This document shows positions 63,711 to 64,000 of a stretch of DNA of 64,000 nucleotides, piece after piece. Both the position numbers and the translations under genes were made by a program. Where the stretch lies: the NCBI RefSeq assembly GCF_057098645.1, contig NZ_CM169472.1; one strand, written 5' to 3'. The notes below the pieces were generated by a model. The model searched no databases and was not told where the DNA came from. It saw nothing but the letters and a program-made list of their open reading frames with translations. How positions within the stretch are numbered: the first letter of the stretch is position 1; every line of letters starts with the position of its first letter.

Positions 63711-64000
63711 TCAATGTTTCAACGACCAGAAGATCTTTTCTGCCAGACCTTGCGAAATACCCGGCACTTTTGCAATTTCCTCGACGCTGGCGTTACGTAA
63801 ACCTTGCAAACCACCCATATATTTCAACAACATTTGCCGGCGTTTTGGCCCGACGCCTTCAATGGTTTCCAGGGAACTGGTATTTTTGACCTTCGCCCGT
63901 TTTTTACGGTGCCCGCCAATCGCGTGATCATGTGATTCATCGCGAATATGCTGGATAACATGCAGCGCGGGAGAATCTGGCGGCAAACTGAATCCCTCAC
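63711..64000 (-). CDS. uvrC: excinuclease ABC subunit C, 3-prime end only (runs off window)
   Basis: C-terminal HhH region ...[50 protein letters not shown]. Confidence 0.85.

Overview
This window is an Escherichia coli / Shigella-type chromosomal segment, read by eye against remembered K-12 protein sequences with no searches run. Bases 1-33.9 kb are the conserved core torZ'-torY-cutC-yecM-argS-yecT-flhEAB-cheZYBR-tap-tar-cheWA-motBA-flhCD-uspC-otsAB-araHGF-ftnB-yecJ-azuC-yecR-ftnA-yecH-tyrP-yecA, and the right edge is leuZ-cysT-glyW-pgsA-uvrC'. Between yecA and leuZ sits a ~28.7 kb integrated element (33986-62708) flanked by 130-bp direct repeats that contain the 3-prime 56 nt of tRNA-Leu. 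The element has two modules. The left module is a minus-strand defence array: hsdM (in-frame amber), hsdS (split by IS903), a YecA-like SEC-C protein, a 594-aa cold-shock-domain/Cys-rich protein, hsdR, a DUF45 metallohydrolase, a secreted 169-aa protein and a GmrSD-like DUF262/DUF1524 protein. The right module is pipolin-like: tyrosine integrase, AlpA-like excisionase remnant, a family-B DNA polymerase (piPolB-like) and a UDG-like gene. Five IS copies (IS903 x2, IS629, IS2, one IS21-family) each sit with readable target-site duplications, and three of them interrupt element genes. The most novel candidate is the two-gene cassette (YecA-like + CSD/Zn-ribbon protein) embedded between hsdS and hsdR. 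In the core, flhB (1-nt deletion), cheB (amber) and tap (amber) are inactivated; both amber codons lie at Dcm CCWGG sites. No CRISPR array or rRNA was seen.
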